Origin: Candidatus Latescibacterota bacterium
GTDB taxonomy: Bacteria; Latescibacterota; CBDEFO01
Length of the DNA stretch: 64,000 nucleotides
NCBI GenBank assembly: GCA_965237525.1
Contig: CBDEFO010000008.1
Span: forward strand, 1,504,001-1,568,000
Direction: 5' to 3'
Position numbers and translations under genes: made by a program. This document shows, piece by piece, positions 1-10,503 of this stretch (the first letter of the stretch is position 1; every line of letters begins with the position of its first letter). The notes under the pieces are model-generated. The model made no database searches. It had not been told where the DNA came from and worked only from the letters and a program-made list of their open reading frames with translations.

Positions 1-782
1 GCAGATATTATCTCTTCTATTGCCTTCTCTGCTTTGATCCTGGTTATATACTTACCATTAAGGATGAATGAATCCTGCGCCGCTATCTTCTCCAGAGTAG
101 GAATAGTGGAAAGATCCCCAAAGACCTCTAGCGTAAAGATAACCCTAGGTCTGTAATTCTCATGGGGATTGACATTCTCATTCCCCAAGTGCGATACAAG
201 AATGTTCCTGATCGTATCTCGTTCCTCTTGAGTGAAAAAAGTGGGATCCAAATTAGCCATGCTCTTAAGAGTTGCCATGGCTCCGGTTTTCATGTTAAAT
301 CTAGTGCTACCCATTAAATTGATAATATCTGCAACTACGGAGTGTCCAATTGCTAACAGTCCCTTGGCAGCCGCTCGACCCTGTCCCTCCATTGATTGAA
401 GTAGAGCGGATTTGGAGCGCTCATCGCCTAATTCGTTCAAGAAAGCTATGATTGCCACCTCAAATTCCCCTTGACCTTCGCCTCCGTGCTCTTCCGGAGG
501 TATCTTTTTTAGCTCCTGGTATCTATATACTAACGCGGGCACAGAGTCTATCACCGCTTCTTTACCTTCTTTTCTGAAAAGTACCGACAATTTAGCAAGC
601 ACAATACTTGCAGAATACATGTCAGCATACTTGATGATTTCAGCATCTTGATCTGAAAAAGTCCAGCCCTTCAGATCAGGCAAGGTGGACGCATTCACAT
701 TAATAGGTATCCAAAGAATAGTGTAAAGAACCAAAGTGACACCTACAAAGAATGATAGTGGTAGGGAGTGTTTTTGTCCCAT
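1..782 (-). CDS. Exported HEAT-repeat-like hypothetical protein, 3' end beyond window
   Basis: Hand-translated open frame from ATG 782 (RBS GAAAGGAG) to the window edge: MGQKHSLPLSFFVGVTLVLYTILWIP..., hydrophobic N-terminus, helical motifs LNELGDERSKSALL and LEVFGDLSTIPTLEKIA. Not in the ORF track. Confidence 0.7.
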   Translation of the reverse strand, partial: MGQKHSLPLSFFVGVTLVLYTILWIPINVNASTLPDLKGWTFSDQDAEIIKYADMYSASIVLAKLSVLFRKEGKEAVIDSVPALVYRYQELKKIPPEEHGGEGQGEFEVAIIAFLNELGDERSKSALLQSMEGQGRAAAKGLLAIGHSVVADIINLMGSTRFNMKTGAMATLKSMANLDPTFFTQEERDTIRNILVSHLGNENVNPHENYRPRVIFTLEVFGDLSTIPTLEKIAAQDSFILNGKYITRIKAEKAIEEIIS

Positions 783-888
783 CTTGTGCTCCTTTCAAGT
801 ATCGTTGAACTCATCTTTGGAGATGTAAGTTAAGAAGGTAAATTCCAAATATTCCAGCAGCGTGCAATAATCTTCAGGAGAGTTGAAG

Positions 889-1113
889 CTATTTTCTTGA
901 GAACAGGTTCAATATTAATGAGATGATGATGCTTAAGACAATGCAGGTCACGATGGGAAAATAAAGTGTAAAATTCCTCTTCTCTATCTTTATGTCTCCC
1001 GGAAGCTTACCTATGAGAGGTATCTTATCGGCATAGACTGTAAAAAGTCCCAAAAGGAACAGCAGTCCCCCGACGATCATTAGTATCTTACCCAGGCTTG
1101 AGAATCCGTCCAT
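889..1113 (-). CDS. DUF2905 family small membrane protein
   Basis: LGKILMIVGG...IGKLPGDIKIEKRNFTLYFPIVTCIVLSIIISL signature; start taken at MDGFSSLG. Confidence 0.85.
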   Translation of the reverse strand: MDGFSSLGKILMIVGGLLFLLGLFTVYADKIPLIGKLPGDIKIEKRNFTLYFPIVTCIVLSIIISLILNLFSRK

Positions 1114-1199
1114 GTTTTCGATTCCCAAAGGTTTGGCAGTTGTATAGAACGGCGACCCGACTGAGGCTATCTGTTTCGCACGTTCGGAGATCTGAATTT

Positions 1200-1421
1200 C
1201 TATTCGCCTTGAACACCTGTGCACACCAGTGTATATTCAGTCGTCCGATCGGAGTTTACTATTTTAGTTGCTATCTTCCATATCATCCCATCTAAAAGAT
1301 ACTCCTGTGAGTAGGAATCGTACTGGTCGTTCAGATAGAAACGGTCTAAGTCCTTTTCCGTTGCCTGACGAGTATCCCCTACATTCCAATCCGGGGAATC
1401 TTGGATCAAATTCAGATCCAT
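1200..1421 (-). CDS. Hypothetical protein, 73 aa
   Basis: AGGAGG RBS before ATG 1421; acidic protein-like composition. Confidence 0.6.
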   Translation of the reverse strand: MDLNLIQDSPDWNVGDTRQATEKDLDRFYLNDQYDSYSQEYLLDGMIWKIATKIVNSDRTTEYTLVCTGVQGE

Positions 1422-1546
1422 CTTAGTCCTCCTTATCATCCGAAATATGGGTTTGAGAAGTACAACTTGAATATATATTTTCCTTATTGGCCTGTCAATC
1501 ATAATTTCACAGACAGACACTTGACCTCAAAGGGGTAATTAACTAT

Positions 1547-1609
1547 ATTTACACATAATAGTTGACAATTCTGATTTACACATAAATAGTTGACAATATA
1601 ATTGACAAT
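1547..1609. promoter_or_regulatory. Direct repeats with three TTGACAAT copies in a divergent promoter region
   Basis: ATTTACACATAATAGTTGACAAT (1547), ATTTACACATAAATAGTTGACAAT (1574), ATAATTGACAAT (1598). Confidence 0.55.
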
Positions 1610-1643
1610 TTTGAGATGATTTCGGTTAGGACAGGGAGACATC

Positions 1644-1958
1644 ATGACGCATTACAGGGTCTATCCCGCTGACAAGGATAACGTCGAGTACTATAAGATA
1701 TCCCAAGCCTTAAAGTTGCAACTGCCTTATTTCGTAGCCTCTTCAGAGGACCCTGACGTACCGCCTCTGAAGGAAAACGAGTGCTGGATTCGCCTGAGTG
1801 ATGCGGAAAATTGGCTGGAGGAGGGAGTGTTCTACGTGGTCTCTCCCCTCGATGTGGAAAACAAGACAGAGGTGGAGATAAGTGAGGAACAGGAGGATTT
1901 CCTGATCTGGCTGACAGCCAATTCGGTGCAGCACATAAGGGTCGAAGAGATAGACTAA
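1644..1958 (+). CDS. Hypothetical acidic protein, 104 aa
   Basis: GGGAG RBS; first gene of a + strand run. Confidence 0.7.
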   Translation: MTHYRVYPADKDNVEYYKISQALKLQLPYFVASSEDPDVPPLKENECWIRLSDAENWLEEGVFYVVSPLDVENKTEVEISEEQEDFLIWLTANSVQHIRVEEID

Positions 1959-1995
1959 ATTCAAAGAGACAGACCACAAGGGGGTTCGGAGGGGC

Positions 1996-2814
1996 ATGAA
2001 GAGACATATACGCGAACTGGACGAACAGGGCTACACCCTGCTGGAGGATCTACTGACACCTCGTCAGGTTGAGGAGGCCATCGAGGTCCTCAAAGAAAGC
2101 TACGAGGAGGAGCACATCTCGTCCCATGAACCGGGTACCAAACGGACTCACAACCTGACTGCGCGGGCGGAGATATTTCGGGAAATCATCCAGTTGCCCA
2201 AGCTGGTCGCCTGCATGGAGTACCTATTGGGGCAGGATTATATCCTCTCGGACATGAGCGCTCGTTCACCCATGCCCGGAATGGCGGCCCAGAAGCTGCA
2301 TCGGGACGGCGGGCCATTTGTGCCGAATCCGCCGTACAATGTGCACACTGTGCTTCCCAGGGCCGCGCAGTCGGTCATTACGCTGTCCGAGTTCACGGCC
2401 GAAAACGGGGCCACGCGTCTGGTTCCCGGATCGCATCTCAGAGATATCGACCCCGAGTCTGTGTCTGCCGAGGAGGAGCGCCTGTTGATCTGCGGCCCTG
2501 GCACCGTGATGGTCTACGAAAACCGCATGATCCACGGGGGTGGTCCTAACACCACCGACGAGATACGCTATGCCATTTTCGGGTTCTGTTGCCGCAGCAC
2601 CACCCGGCCGTTCTGCGACCACACGCGCTCGATACCAAAAGAAGTGGTAGAAAACGCCACGCCGCTGCTGCGCCGGCTCTGGGGTTTCGAGTGTCAGTCC
2701 GCCTGGGAGGAATCGCCCCGGAACTTCAAAATAGTTGAGGCACCGGGCGCCAAGCCCAGGTTCGACTACAATAGAGGTATCGAGCGCGATATCGGGGAAG
2801 CCGGTCCAGAATGA
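1996..2814 (+). CDS. Phytanoyl-CoA dioxygenase (PhyH) family Fe(II)/2OG dioxygenase
   Basis: LHRD (HxD), ENGATRLVPGSH, distal IHGGGPN...R. Confidence 0.9.
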   Translation: MKRHIRELDEQGYTLLEDLLTPRQVEEAIEVLKESYEEEHISSHEPGTKRTHNLTARAEIFREIIQLPKLVACMEYLLGQDYILSDMSARSPMPGMAAQKLHRDGGPFVPNPPYNVHTVLPRAAQSVITLSEFTAENGATRLVPGSHLRDIDPESVSAEEERLLICGPGTVMVYENRMIHGGGPNTTDEIRYAIFGFCCRSTTRPFCDHTRSIPKEVVENATPLLRRLWGFECQSAWEESPRNFKIVEAPGAKPRFDYNRGIERDIGEAGPE

Positions 2815-2865
2815 GCGACTTCCTGTCGACTAAAGAAAACGAATTACTAAATTAGGAGTCTGCTT

Positions 2866-4221
2866 ATGCTATATCACAGATTACGGGAGCTTGAAGACCG
2901 AGGCGAGACCATCCAGGTCGGGTTGATCGCCGCCGGGACCTTCGGCACCCAGATAGCAGCACAGTTGGCCCATGCAACGGGGATGCGTCTGGCCGCCATA
3001 GCAGAGCTCGACACGGAAAAGGCCTTACGAGCTTACGATCACGGCGGCGCTGCAAGCGATCAGGTGGTGATGGCTGAATCTCCCGAAGACATAGATGCGG
3101 CCATCACTTCAGGACGCCCCGCAGTCACCATGAGCGCTCGGGCGATGATGGAGAGCGCAGTGGACGTGGTGATTGAAGCCACAGGCAATGTCAGGGCAGG
3201 AGCCTCGCACGCCCGATATGCGATTGAACAGCGCAAGCACACCGTCATGGTTACGGTAGAGGCGGATGTGGTCGTCGGATATCAACTGAAAAGACTCGCG
3301 GACGATGCAGGCGTCCTCTACGGGGCAGCCTACGGCGATGAGCCGGCTGTCGCCTTCGAGCTCTGGGACTGGGCACGCACACTCGGTTTCAGGGTGATTG
3401 CCGCTGGCAAAGGCACTCGATTCAAGACTGCTTTCAGAAAGGCAACCCCCGACGACGTGGCCAAGATGTACGGTTTTACCGGACAGGATTACAACGCCCA
3501 GATGTTCGGCTCGTTCCTGGACGGTACCAAAAACGCCACCGAGATGGCGGCCCTCGCGAATATGACCGGTCTGGTACCAGATATTCGCGGCATGCACTTC
3601 CCAACGTCAGATCTCAGGGATATACCGGATATACTCGCCCGCCAGGATAAGGGGGGCATTCTGGGACAGGAGGGTGTCGTGGAAGCGGTCAGCTCCATTG
3701 ACTCAAACGAGGTGCCCGTCGAAAGGGACCTCCGGGGAGGGCTCTACTGCGTGGTTGATGGCCAGACGCCCTTCATCGTGGAATCTCTCAGTTCGTACGG
3801 CGAGATTCTCGGAATGATTATCGGCCAGCGCAGCGGCTACGCTATGATTTACAGGCCGCAGCACTGGATCGGACACGAGATGCCCGTAAGCGTCGCCCGT
3901 ATGATCTTGAACGGTCAGACCTGCGGGACGCCTATCGGTCAGTTCGCCGAGGTAGTTGCAGTTGCCAAGAAGACCATTCCCGCCGGTACGGTCCTGGATG
4001 GCGAGGGCGGCTACTTTGTGTACGGTCTGCTTGAGAAGGCCGCTGTAGCCAGGGAAGAGAAGCTGCTTCCGATAGGACTCTCTCAGGGAGCAATCGTGAC
4101 CCGCGAGATATCAGAAGATGACATGGTGACCTTCGACGATGTGGAAGTGCCCGACTCTGAGCTTCTGGAGTTGAGGAGACTTCAAGACTCGGTCGTCTCG
4201 GTGGAAGCTACGCGTCTCTGA
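2866..4221 (+). CDS. NAD(P)-dependent oxidoreductase, homoserine-dehydrogenase-like with C-terminal SAF domain (COG4091-like)
   Basis: VGLIAAGTFG, VIEATG, GDEP, SFLDGTK.A.EM, LDGEGGY.VYG, LLPIGL. Confidence 0.85.
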   Translation: MLYHRLRELEDRGETIQVGLIAAGTFGTQIAAQLAHATGMRLAAIAELDTEKALRAYDHGGAASDQVVMAESPEDIDAAITSGRPAVTMSARAMMESAVDVVIEATGNVRAGASHARYAIEQRKHTVMVTVEADVVVGYQLKRLADDAGVLYGAAYGDEPAVAFELWDWARTLGFRVIAAGKGTRFKTAFRKATPDDVAKMYGFTGQDYNAQMFGSFLDGTKNATEMAALANMTGLVPDIRGMHFPTSDLRDIPDILARQDKGGILGQEGVVEAVSSIDSNEVPVERDLRGGLYCVVDGQTPFIVESLSSYGEILGMIIGQRSGYAMIYRPQHWIGHEMPVSVARMILNGQTCGTPIGQFAEVVAVAKKTIPAGTVLDGEGGYFVYGLLEKAAVAREEKLLPIGLSQGAIVTREISEDDMVTFDDVEVPDSELLELRRLQDSVVSVEATRL

Positions 4222-4306
4222 GCGTGTCATCCGGTGTTGCAGCGGCTGGCAAACGTCCAGACGCCCGGAATCCCTGACGGATCGGCCTTAAGTTGGATGA
4301 ACTACG

Positions 4307-5170
4307 TTGTATCTGAGCCAAGCTCTAAAAGTCAAGAAAGGAGCTGTCGTCTCGCTTGTGGGAGCCGGGGGAAAGACGACGGCTATGTACAGATTAGCGC
4401 GGGAATTGAGGGAGGATGGATGGCGCGTTGTGACTACGTCCACAACGATGATCGCCCCGCCTGCGCAAGATCAGAGCCAGCAGCTTATAGTCGCGCCGGA
4501 GCCGGACGAGCTGCTCTCACGGTTAGAAGCTGCGCTTAAGGAGTACGGACACGTCACCGTAGCCGCCGGACGCCTGACCAGGGGTACAGGATGGCTGCCG
4601 CGGATAGAGGGACTTGCTCCCGAACTGATCCAACAGATCAGAGATATGCCGGCGGTGGATGTAATTATCGTCGAAGCCGACGGCTGCAGGGGGCGTCCCT
4701 TCAAGGCCCCCGCGGCCCATGAGCCCATAGTGCCGGCCTCTACGACGATTTTGATCCCCGTGGTGGGCGTTGACGCCGTGGGGAAGACGCTCTCAGAGCA
4801 GTGTGTCCATCGGCCGGAGTTGGTGGCGTCCTTGACAGGGCTGCGGCAGGGCCAGATAATCACACCCGAAACAGTGGCAGAGGTGCTGGCTCATCCAGAA
4901 GGCGGCCTGAAGGGAGCGCCGCCGGGCGCATCTTGCATCCCTCTTATCAATAAGGTGGAACGTCGACTCAGCAGGGACGGAGAAGAAAGGCTAAAAACGG
5001 CAAAGATCATAGCCAGCTTCTTGCTTTCCTGTAATACGATCTGCCGTGTTATCGTCGCCGCTGTAGCCCGGGACGATCCTGTTCAGGCCGTATTCGAAGG
5101 GGGCTCCCAGAAAGTATCAAAGCCAAGCGGAGAGCTCTCTACAGAAGAAAGGGGAAAACAGGAGAACTGA
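4307..5170 (+). CDS. yqeC: Selenium-dependent molybdenum hydroxylase accessory protein YqeC
   Basis: SLVGAGGKTT, VTTSTTM, IVEADG.RGRPFKAPAAHEP, VHRPE. Confidence 0.85.
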   Translation: MYLSQALKVKKGAVVSLVGAGGKTTAMYRLARELREDGWRVVTTSTTMIAPPAQDQSQQLIVAPEPDELLSRLEAALKEYGHVTVAAGRLTRGTGWLPRIEGLAPELIQQIRDMPAVDVIIVEADGCRGRPFKAPAAHEPIVPASTTILIPVVGVDAVGKTLSEQCVHRPELVASLTGLRQGQIITPETVAEVLAHPEGGLKGAPPGASCIPLINKVERRLSRDGEERLKTAKIIASFLLSCNTICRVIVAAVARDDPVQAVFEGGSQKVSKPSGELSTEERGKQEN

Positions 5171-5328
5171 ACAGGCCGCAGGGTCTATTCCGCATCGTGG
5201 AATGTTAAGAGGCGATGCAACCTCCACTGCGCTCACTTCTGCATGGGCGCTGTCCCCAAAGGTCGGGAGATTAGCTCAAGGGGTTGGGAAGGTCACTCGA
5301 ATCGGTCTTAAGAAAGGACATAAACATA

Positions 5329-6321
5329 ATGAGATATAGGAATTTGGGAAATACTGACATAGCGGTGTCAGAAGTCGGCTTTGGAGTCTGGACGGTCGGG
5401 ACAACCTGGTGGGGAATTACAGATGAGGATTTCGGAATAGACCTTTTAAGGCACGCCTTTGACAGGGGCATTACGTTCTTCGACACGGCTGATACATACG
5501 GCAGCGGAGTGGGAGAGACGATCCTGGCTAAAGCCCTCAAGGACAAGAGAGATCAGATTGTGATCGCCACAAAGTTCGGCTACGATTTCTATTCTGACAC
5601 AGGTGAAAGGAAGGGCCATGTAGAACTTCCGCACGATTTTTCGCCCCAATTTGTGCGCTTTGCAGCAGATGAGAGCTTGAAGAGATTGGAGACCGATTAC
5701 ATAGATCTGTATCAGGTTCACAACCCCCGAATGGACGACATAGATTCCGACGATCTATTCGACACGCTGACCCGACTTCAGGATGAAGGCAAGATCAGGC
5801 ACTTCGGTGTGGCCCTGGGCCCGGCGATAGGCTGGAAAGACGAGGGGTTAGCGGCGATGAACAAGAGGGACATATGCTCCCTTCAGATCATATATAACCT
5901 TCTGGAGCAAGACCCGGGGAGAGACTTCTTTCCCGTCGCCCGGGAAGAGGGCATAGGCGTCCTGGTGCGGGTCCCTCACTCATCGGGGCTTTTAGAAGGG
6001 AAATACGATAAAGACACGAAATTCTCCAAGGATGATCACAGGAGCCACCGTCCGGATGAGTGGCTTACTGAGGGACTCAAGAAATTGGAAAAGATAAGCT
6101 TTTTGACCGAAGACAGAGATGCCACGATAGGACAGATGGCATTGCGATTTGTCCTATCGGAGCCCTCCATCTCCTCTGCTCTTCCCAATATCTACAATAT
6201 GGATCATATAGATGAGTTCGTGGGGGCGTCAGATTGCGACGATTTGACTCCCGAGGAGCTCAAGGAGATAGAAAGGCTTTATGAGAGCAACTTTGAACTT
6301 TCGGAGTCGGAGGTAGTATAA
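5329..6321 (+). CDS. Aldo/keto reductase
   Basis: [42 protein letters not shown]. Confidence 0.95.
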   Translation: MRYRNLGNTDIAVSEVGFGVWTVGTTWWGITDEDFGIDLLRHAFDRGITFFDTADTYGSGVGETILAKALKDKRDQIVIATKFGYDFYSDTGERKGHVELPHDFSPQFVRFAADESLKRLETDYIDLYQVHNPRMDDIDSDDLFDTLTRLQDEGKIRHFGVALGPAIGWKDEGLAAMNKRDICSLQIIYNLLEQDPGRDFFPVAREEGIGVLVRVPHSSGLLEGKYDKDTKFSKDDHRSHRPDEWLTEGLKKLEKISFLTEDRDATIGQMALRFVLSEPSISSALPNIYNMDHIDEFVGASDCDDLTPEELKEIERLYESNFELSESEVV

Positions 6322-6370
6322 ACAAATAGACAGTAGACAGCATACAGTAGACAGGGAGGAGACCTGCTTC

Positions 6371-6804
6371 ATGGAAAAGGATCAGGATTCTCGTATTGGA
6401 GCTCTCGAAAAACGAAATGCAGTCCGTTCGAGATCAGGTGGTGTATCTCCAGGAGCTTATCATAAACTTTATGAAGAAGATAGAAACTGCCATAGCTTTC
6501 TGATGAGATATTCCCCGAGGTGAGAAAAGATAAGGATGCTGAGCAAGCTGTCGTCGAGATAGTAGTCAAACAGTTGGAAAGACTTTTACCAGAGACCTGC
6601 GACCATCCGCCTGAGGATTTGAAAGGCGAAAGAATGCTTGAAGGCACGAACCTCAAGTGCACAGAGGACCTTTACAGATGTGTGTCTCGTATTCCGATTC
6701 CCTTCGTTCGGGAGATGGTCGTAAAACGAGTGGAGGAATACGCCAAAGATCACTCCATAGATTTTATAGACCTCAAGACCTACGAGGAAGCTTCCACTTT
6801 TTGA
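6371..6804 (+). pseudogene. Frameshifted protein with C-terminal PCP-reductase-like (BchB/ChlB C-terminal) domain
   Basis: Strong RBS and ATG at 6371; coiled-coil N-part switches frame; C-part RIPIPFVREMVVKRVEEYAKDHSIDFI. Confidence 0.5.
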
Positions 6805-6983
6805 TAGTGCCGCAAAGTGGGGGAGTTGCACTCATCTAATGCCGATCTTAGCTCAAATGCCGTTGAAGCCTTTTTGTCTCAGGAGGTCTCGGCGGTTTTC
6901 AGAGGCTGGATCGGTCAGGTATAGTGAATTATTACAATTCTTATGCTCTTTGACAAAGTTCTACCGACTACTGATCTATTTAT

Positions 6984-7697
6984 ATGCCAGGATTTGATAG
7001 GAAAGCGAAGCTTGCCCGTCGTCTCTTCTCGGGAGTCACAAATGAGTACGACTCTCTACTTTGGCTCCTCACCTTTGCCATGGATAGGCACTGGCGAAGA
7101 ACTATCGTCAAAAGATCAGGTATCGATTCAGGCACGAAAGTCTTAGACATTGCGACTGGAACAGGGCTCTTGGCCTTCGACTTAGCCAAATGTGCAGGAT
7201 CAGATGGAAAAGTGGTAGGCTTGGACTTGACTATGAACATGCTGCGTAAGGCTAAGGCTGTAAGGGAAAAAAGGGGCCACCCTCAAAGGGTCGAATTCGT
7301 CACCGGCAGAGCAGAACACCTTCCTTTTCGGGCAGACACTTTTGAATGTGCCACTATAAGTTTAGGTCTGCGCAACGTCTCAAATGTCAGGGAGACTTTC
7401 GAAGAGATGAGGTGTGTAGTCAGGTCAGGCGGCAGTGTCATCTCTCTGGACTTCACACGCCCTCCAAATAGACTCTTGAGGAAGATATACTATTTCTATC
7501 TACTCAAGGTACTGCCTATTATCGGCAGACTGGTCTCTGCCGAATGGCACGACATCTTCGAGTATCTGGGCCGATCTATCCTTGAGTTTTACCCCGTAGA
7601 AGAAGTGGAAGCCATAATGAAGCAAGCGGGCCTGCAGAATATTGAAAGACACAGTCTGACAGGTGGAGTAGTTACTTTTTTTATCGGAACTAAGTAG
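6984..7697 (+). CDS. ubiE: UbiE/MenG family SAM-dependent C-methyltransferase
   Basis: VLDIATGTG, AEHLPF, ISLGLRNV, LDFTRP. Confidence 0.85.
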   Translation: MPGFDRKAKLARRLFSGVTNEYDSLLWLLTFAMDRHWRRTIVKRSGIDSGTKVLDIATGTGLLAFDLAKCAGSDGKVVGLDLTMNMLRKAKAVREKRGHPQRVEFVTGRAEHLPFRADTFECATISLGLRNVSNVRETFEEMRCVVRSGGSVISLDFTRPPNRLLRKIYYFYLLKVLPIIGRLVSAEWHDIFEYLGRSILEFYPVEEVEAIMKQAGLQNIERHSLTGGVVTFFIGTK

Positions 7698-8077
7698 CTG
7701 CACAAGACTTGCTTGGATACGTTAGGTGAGTAGACAGGTCAACCCTCCCATACCTTGAGTCTCCGATTGCCCCTGATTGATTCTATCGGGGATGGGGGAT
7801 TCGGGCGTTGCCCCTTGCAATGACTAAAGGTTCAAACCAAGGCAACGTCATTGTGATCCGTCGTAGGCACTGGGTGCATTATTTGGGAGAGGAGGCAGCA
7901 ACCCACGAAGCGGGGGAAGCAATCTCCGTTAGGTCGCCTCTCCCTCTATGCGGACTGCTAATCTGGAGCTCGACAATCTTGTGCAGACTATTTCGGCTCG
8001 ATACTGAAAATATAGAAAAGACCGCTGTGGACAGATAGATTCTCTTAAAGACTCTCACAAGAAGGATATCGCACTCT

Positions 8078-8797
8078 ATGAAAGGTTCCTGGTACATCTT
8101 AGAGGGCAGCAGGGCTAAAGACTTCATCAATCTGCTGCATATTCCCTATACCACGATGGTCTTTGCTTACGTGATCATAGGCGCGATGTGGGCCCCGACC
8201 TTCTATGTCGACCGATTGATCTGGATTTTAGCCGCTTACTTTCTGGGATTGGGCTGTGCCGCTCACTTCCTGGACGAGACGAGAGGACACCCCTGGGGCA
8301 CAAAGATACCAGACAGCGTTCTGTATGCGTTGTCGGCCTTCACGCTCAGCGCGGCTGTGGCTATCGGACTTTACTACGCCTGGAAGGTGAGCTACTGGCT
8401 GCTTTTCTTTATAGCCACTGAAAGTTTTTTCGCCTTGGCGTATAACCTGGAGTGGTTTAAGGGTAGATTCCACACCGACCTGTGGTTCTCGATAAGCTGG
8501 GGAGCGCTGCCCTTCCTCACCAGCTATTTTATCAACGCAGTCACCATCACGCTCGAATCGTTAGTTATGGCTGCCGTCCTTTCGGGGACTGCAGCTATAG
8601 AGATAACGCTGAGTCGTTGGATTAAGACATTTAGGCGGGGAAAAGATGTCGAAGGACTCGTCCTGAGCGACGGCACCAAGTTGCATGTCAGCACGTTGGA
8701 GCTCATTGCCAGTCCCCAGCGCGCTCTAAAGCTTATTGTGTGCACGACTGACTTTCTGGCCCTGGCTATGGTCATCAGGTTTTGGGTCTTCAGATAG
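8078..8797 (+). CDS. Integral membrane protein, possibly divergent UbiA prenyltransferase superfamily
   Basis: About 7 TM segments; HFLDE and AYN...FHTD...WG motifs; adjacent to ubiE. Confidence 0.5.
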   Translation: MKGSWYILEGSRAKDFINLLHIPYTTMVFAYVIIGAMWAPTFYVDRLIWILAAYFLGLGCAAHFLDETRGHPWGTKIPDSVLYALSAFTLSAAVAIGLYYAWKVSYWLLFFIATESFFALAYNLEWFKGRFHTDLWFSISWGALPFLTSYFINAVTITLESLVMAAVLSGTAAIEITLSRWIKTFRRGKDVEGLVLSDGTKLHVSTLELIASPQRALKLIVCTTDFLALAMVIRFWVFR

Positions 8798-8879
8798 TTT
8801 AGGCTATCCTCAAATAGGGCAGTGTGCGGTGCATTTCAATAGTTTAATCAAAAAACATTGCTAAAATTGTTTTTTCAGC

Positions 8880-8908
8880 TTGACAAGGCTCTCCTTTTCT
8901 CGTATGTT
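8880..8908 (+). promoter_or_regulatory. Sigma70-type promoter of the suf locus
   Basis: TTGACA-17 nt-TATGTT. Confidence 0.55.
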
Positions 8909-8967
8909 TCTATTGCGAGGACGTTATAGTCTTACAGGTTTGAGACGATATTTAAGGAAAGTGATCT

Positions 8968-9594
8968 ATGTCTTTAGATACTGTGCTTGGAGAGACGCCC
9001 GGTGCACAGATCATCAGGCTGATACAGCATAATGGCACAGTTGGCATCAAGGAACTGGAGGCATCGTTGGGAGTGACCACTGGTGCAGTTCGTCATCAGC
9101 TTGGCCATCTCTTAGCTGAAGGCCTTATTGCCAAGCAGAGCGTGCACGGGGGAGTCGGGCGTCCCAAAGATGTATATCATCTTACAGAAAAGGGGCAGAA
9201 GCTCTTTCCCCGTGACTACGATGAGTTCCTGATCTCCTTACTGGAGGAGATATTGACTCTATACGGCAAGGAGGGACTCCATTCTCTGCTGAACAGTGTC
9301 GGGATGAGTATGGCAAGGAAGTATCTGGGACAGATTACGGGCGAGGGAATATCGGATCGTTTATCGCAACTGATAGTTTTGTTAAATCAGAAAGGGATGT
9401 TGGCAGAACTGAATCAGATCGGAGAGGAACTCACATTCAAAGTCTTTAGCTGTCCCTATCACGAATTGGTCCAGGATCATCGAGAGATCTGTGAGATGGA
9501 GCAGGAGATGATGACCAGAGTTCTGAACGCAGATGTGGAGTTATCTGAGTGCATGATGGATGGAAGCGAGTGCTGTGACTTCAGTGTAAAATAG
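8968..9594 (+). CDS. sufR: SufR-like HTH transcriptional regulator
   Basis: N-terminal wHTH (VRHQL..L, GRP...Y.LT); C-terminal CPY...IC...C.....CC; leads the suf operon. Confidence 0.8.
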   Translation: MSLDTVLGETPGAQIIRLIQHNGTVGIKELEASLGVTTGAVRHQLGHLLAEGLIAKQSVHGGVGRPKDVYHLTEKGQKLFPRDYDEFLISLLEEILTLYGKEGLHSLLNSVGMSMARKYLGQITGEGISDRLSQLIVLLNQKGMLAELNQIGEELTFKVFSCPYHELVQDHREICEMEQEMMTRVLNADVELSECMMDGSECCDFSVK

Positions 9595-9674
9595 GTTGCA
9601 ATAGTCGAATCAGTCCCCCGATTGATTCTATTGGGGATAGTTTGATTCTATCAGGAAGGGGAGTTAAAAGAAAT

Positions 9675-10499
9675 ATGGGGATAGAATTTGCTGTTAAGAA
9701 CCTGAAGGTAAATGTAGAAGGCAAAGAGATACTAAAGGGAGTGAATCTGAACGTAAAGCAGGGGGAGATACATGCTCTTATGGGTCCCAACGGCTCGGGG
9801 AAGAGCACCTTGGCCTACTGCCTTATGGGGCATCCAAAATACGAAGCGACCGAAGGGGAGGTGCTCTTCGACGGGGAGAACATTCTTGAAAGTTCGCCTG
9901 ACGAGCGCGCCCAAAAAGGTCTTTTCCTTGCGTTTCAGTATCCCACATCTATACCGGGAGTCAGCGTGGCCAACTTCCTTCGCATGGCTGTCAGCGCTGT
10001 GCGGATAGGCCACGAAGATGGCAGTGATACTATCAAGCTGATCCCGATGCGGGAATTCCGCAAGGAGTTAAGGGGGATGATGAATCAGTTGGGGATGGAT
10101 GTCTCCTTTGGCAGACGGTATCTGAACGACGGCTTTTCAGGCGGCGAAAAGAAGCGGGCAGAGATACTTCAAATGGCGATACTCAAGCCGAAGATAGCCG
10201 TTTTAGATGAGACAGATTCAGGATTGGACATAGACGCTGTAAGGACGGTCTCAGAGGGAGTAAATCGCCTGATAGGGCCCGATCTTGGAGTTTTGATCAT
10301 TACTCACTACCAGAGGATATTAAACTATATCGAGCCCGACTTTGTTCACATAATGATGGACGGTCAGGTGGTCGAATCGGGCGGTCCCGAGCTTGCCCAC
10401 GAATTAGAGGCCAATGGCTATGACGGGATTCGAGAGAAGCATGGTATTAAAGCAGAAGACGTCTCTGAGAACGTCGAAACTATAGATGAGGAGGATTAA
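9675..10499 (+). CDS. sufC: Fe-S cluster assembly ATPase SufC
   Basis: [36 protein letters not shown]. Confidence 0.97.
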   Translation: MGIEFAVKNLKVNVEGKEILKGVNLNVKQGEIHALMGPNGSGKSTLAYCLMGHPKYEATEGEVLFDGENILESSPDERAQKGLFLAFQYPTSIPGVSVANFLRMAVSAVRIGHEDGSDTIKLIPMREFRKELRGMMNQLGMDVSFGRRYLNDGFSGGEKKRAEILQMAILKPKIAVLDETDSGLDIDAVRTVSEGVNRLIGPDLGVLIITHYQRILNYIEPDFVHIMMDGQVVESGGPELAHELEANGYDGIREKHGIKAEDVSENVETIDEED

Positions 10500-10503
10500 G
10501 ATT

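Noticed and set aside
5175..5300. Cobalamin-riboswitch-like words (TTAAGAGG, GCTGTCCCC, GGGAAGG)
   Set aside because: The elements are incomplete and out of order, and there is no B12-related downstream gene.
6326..6353. Short heptamer runs (AGACAGT here; CGATCCC at 21218-21249) and other one-off palindromes at 7820-7927 and 15518-15625
   Set aside because: These are low-complexity or REP-like intergenic filler with too few copies to infer a system.
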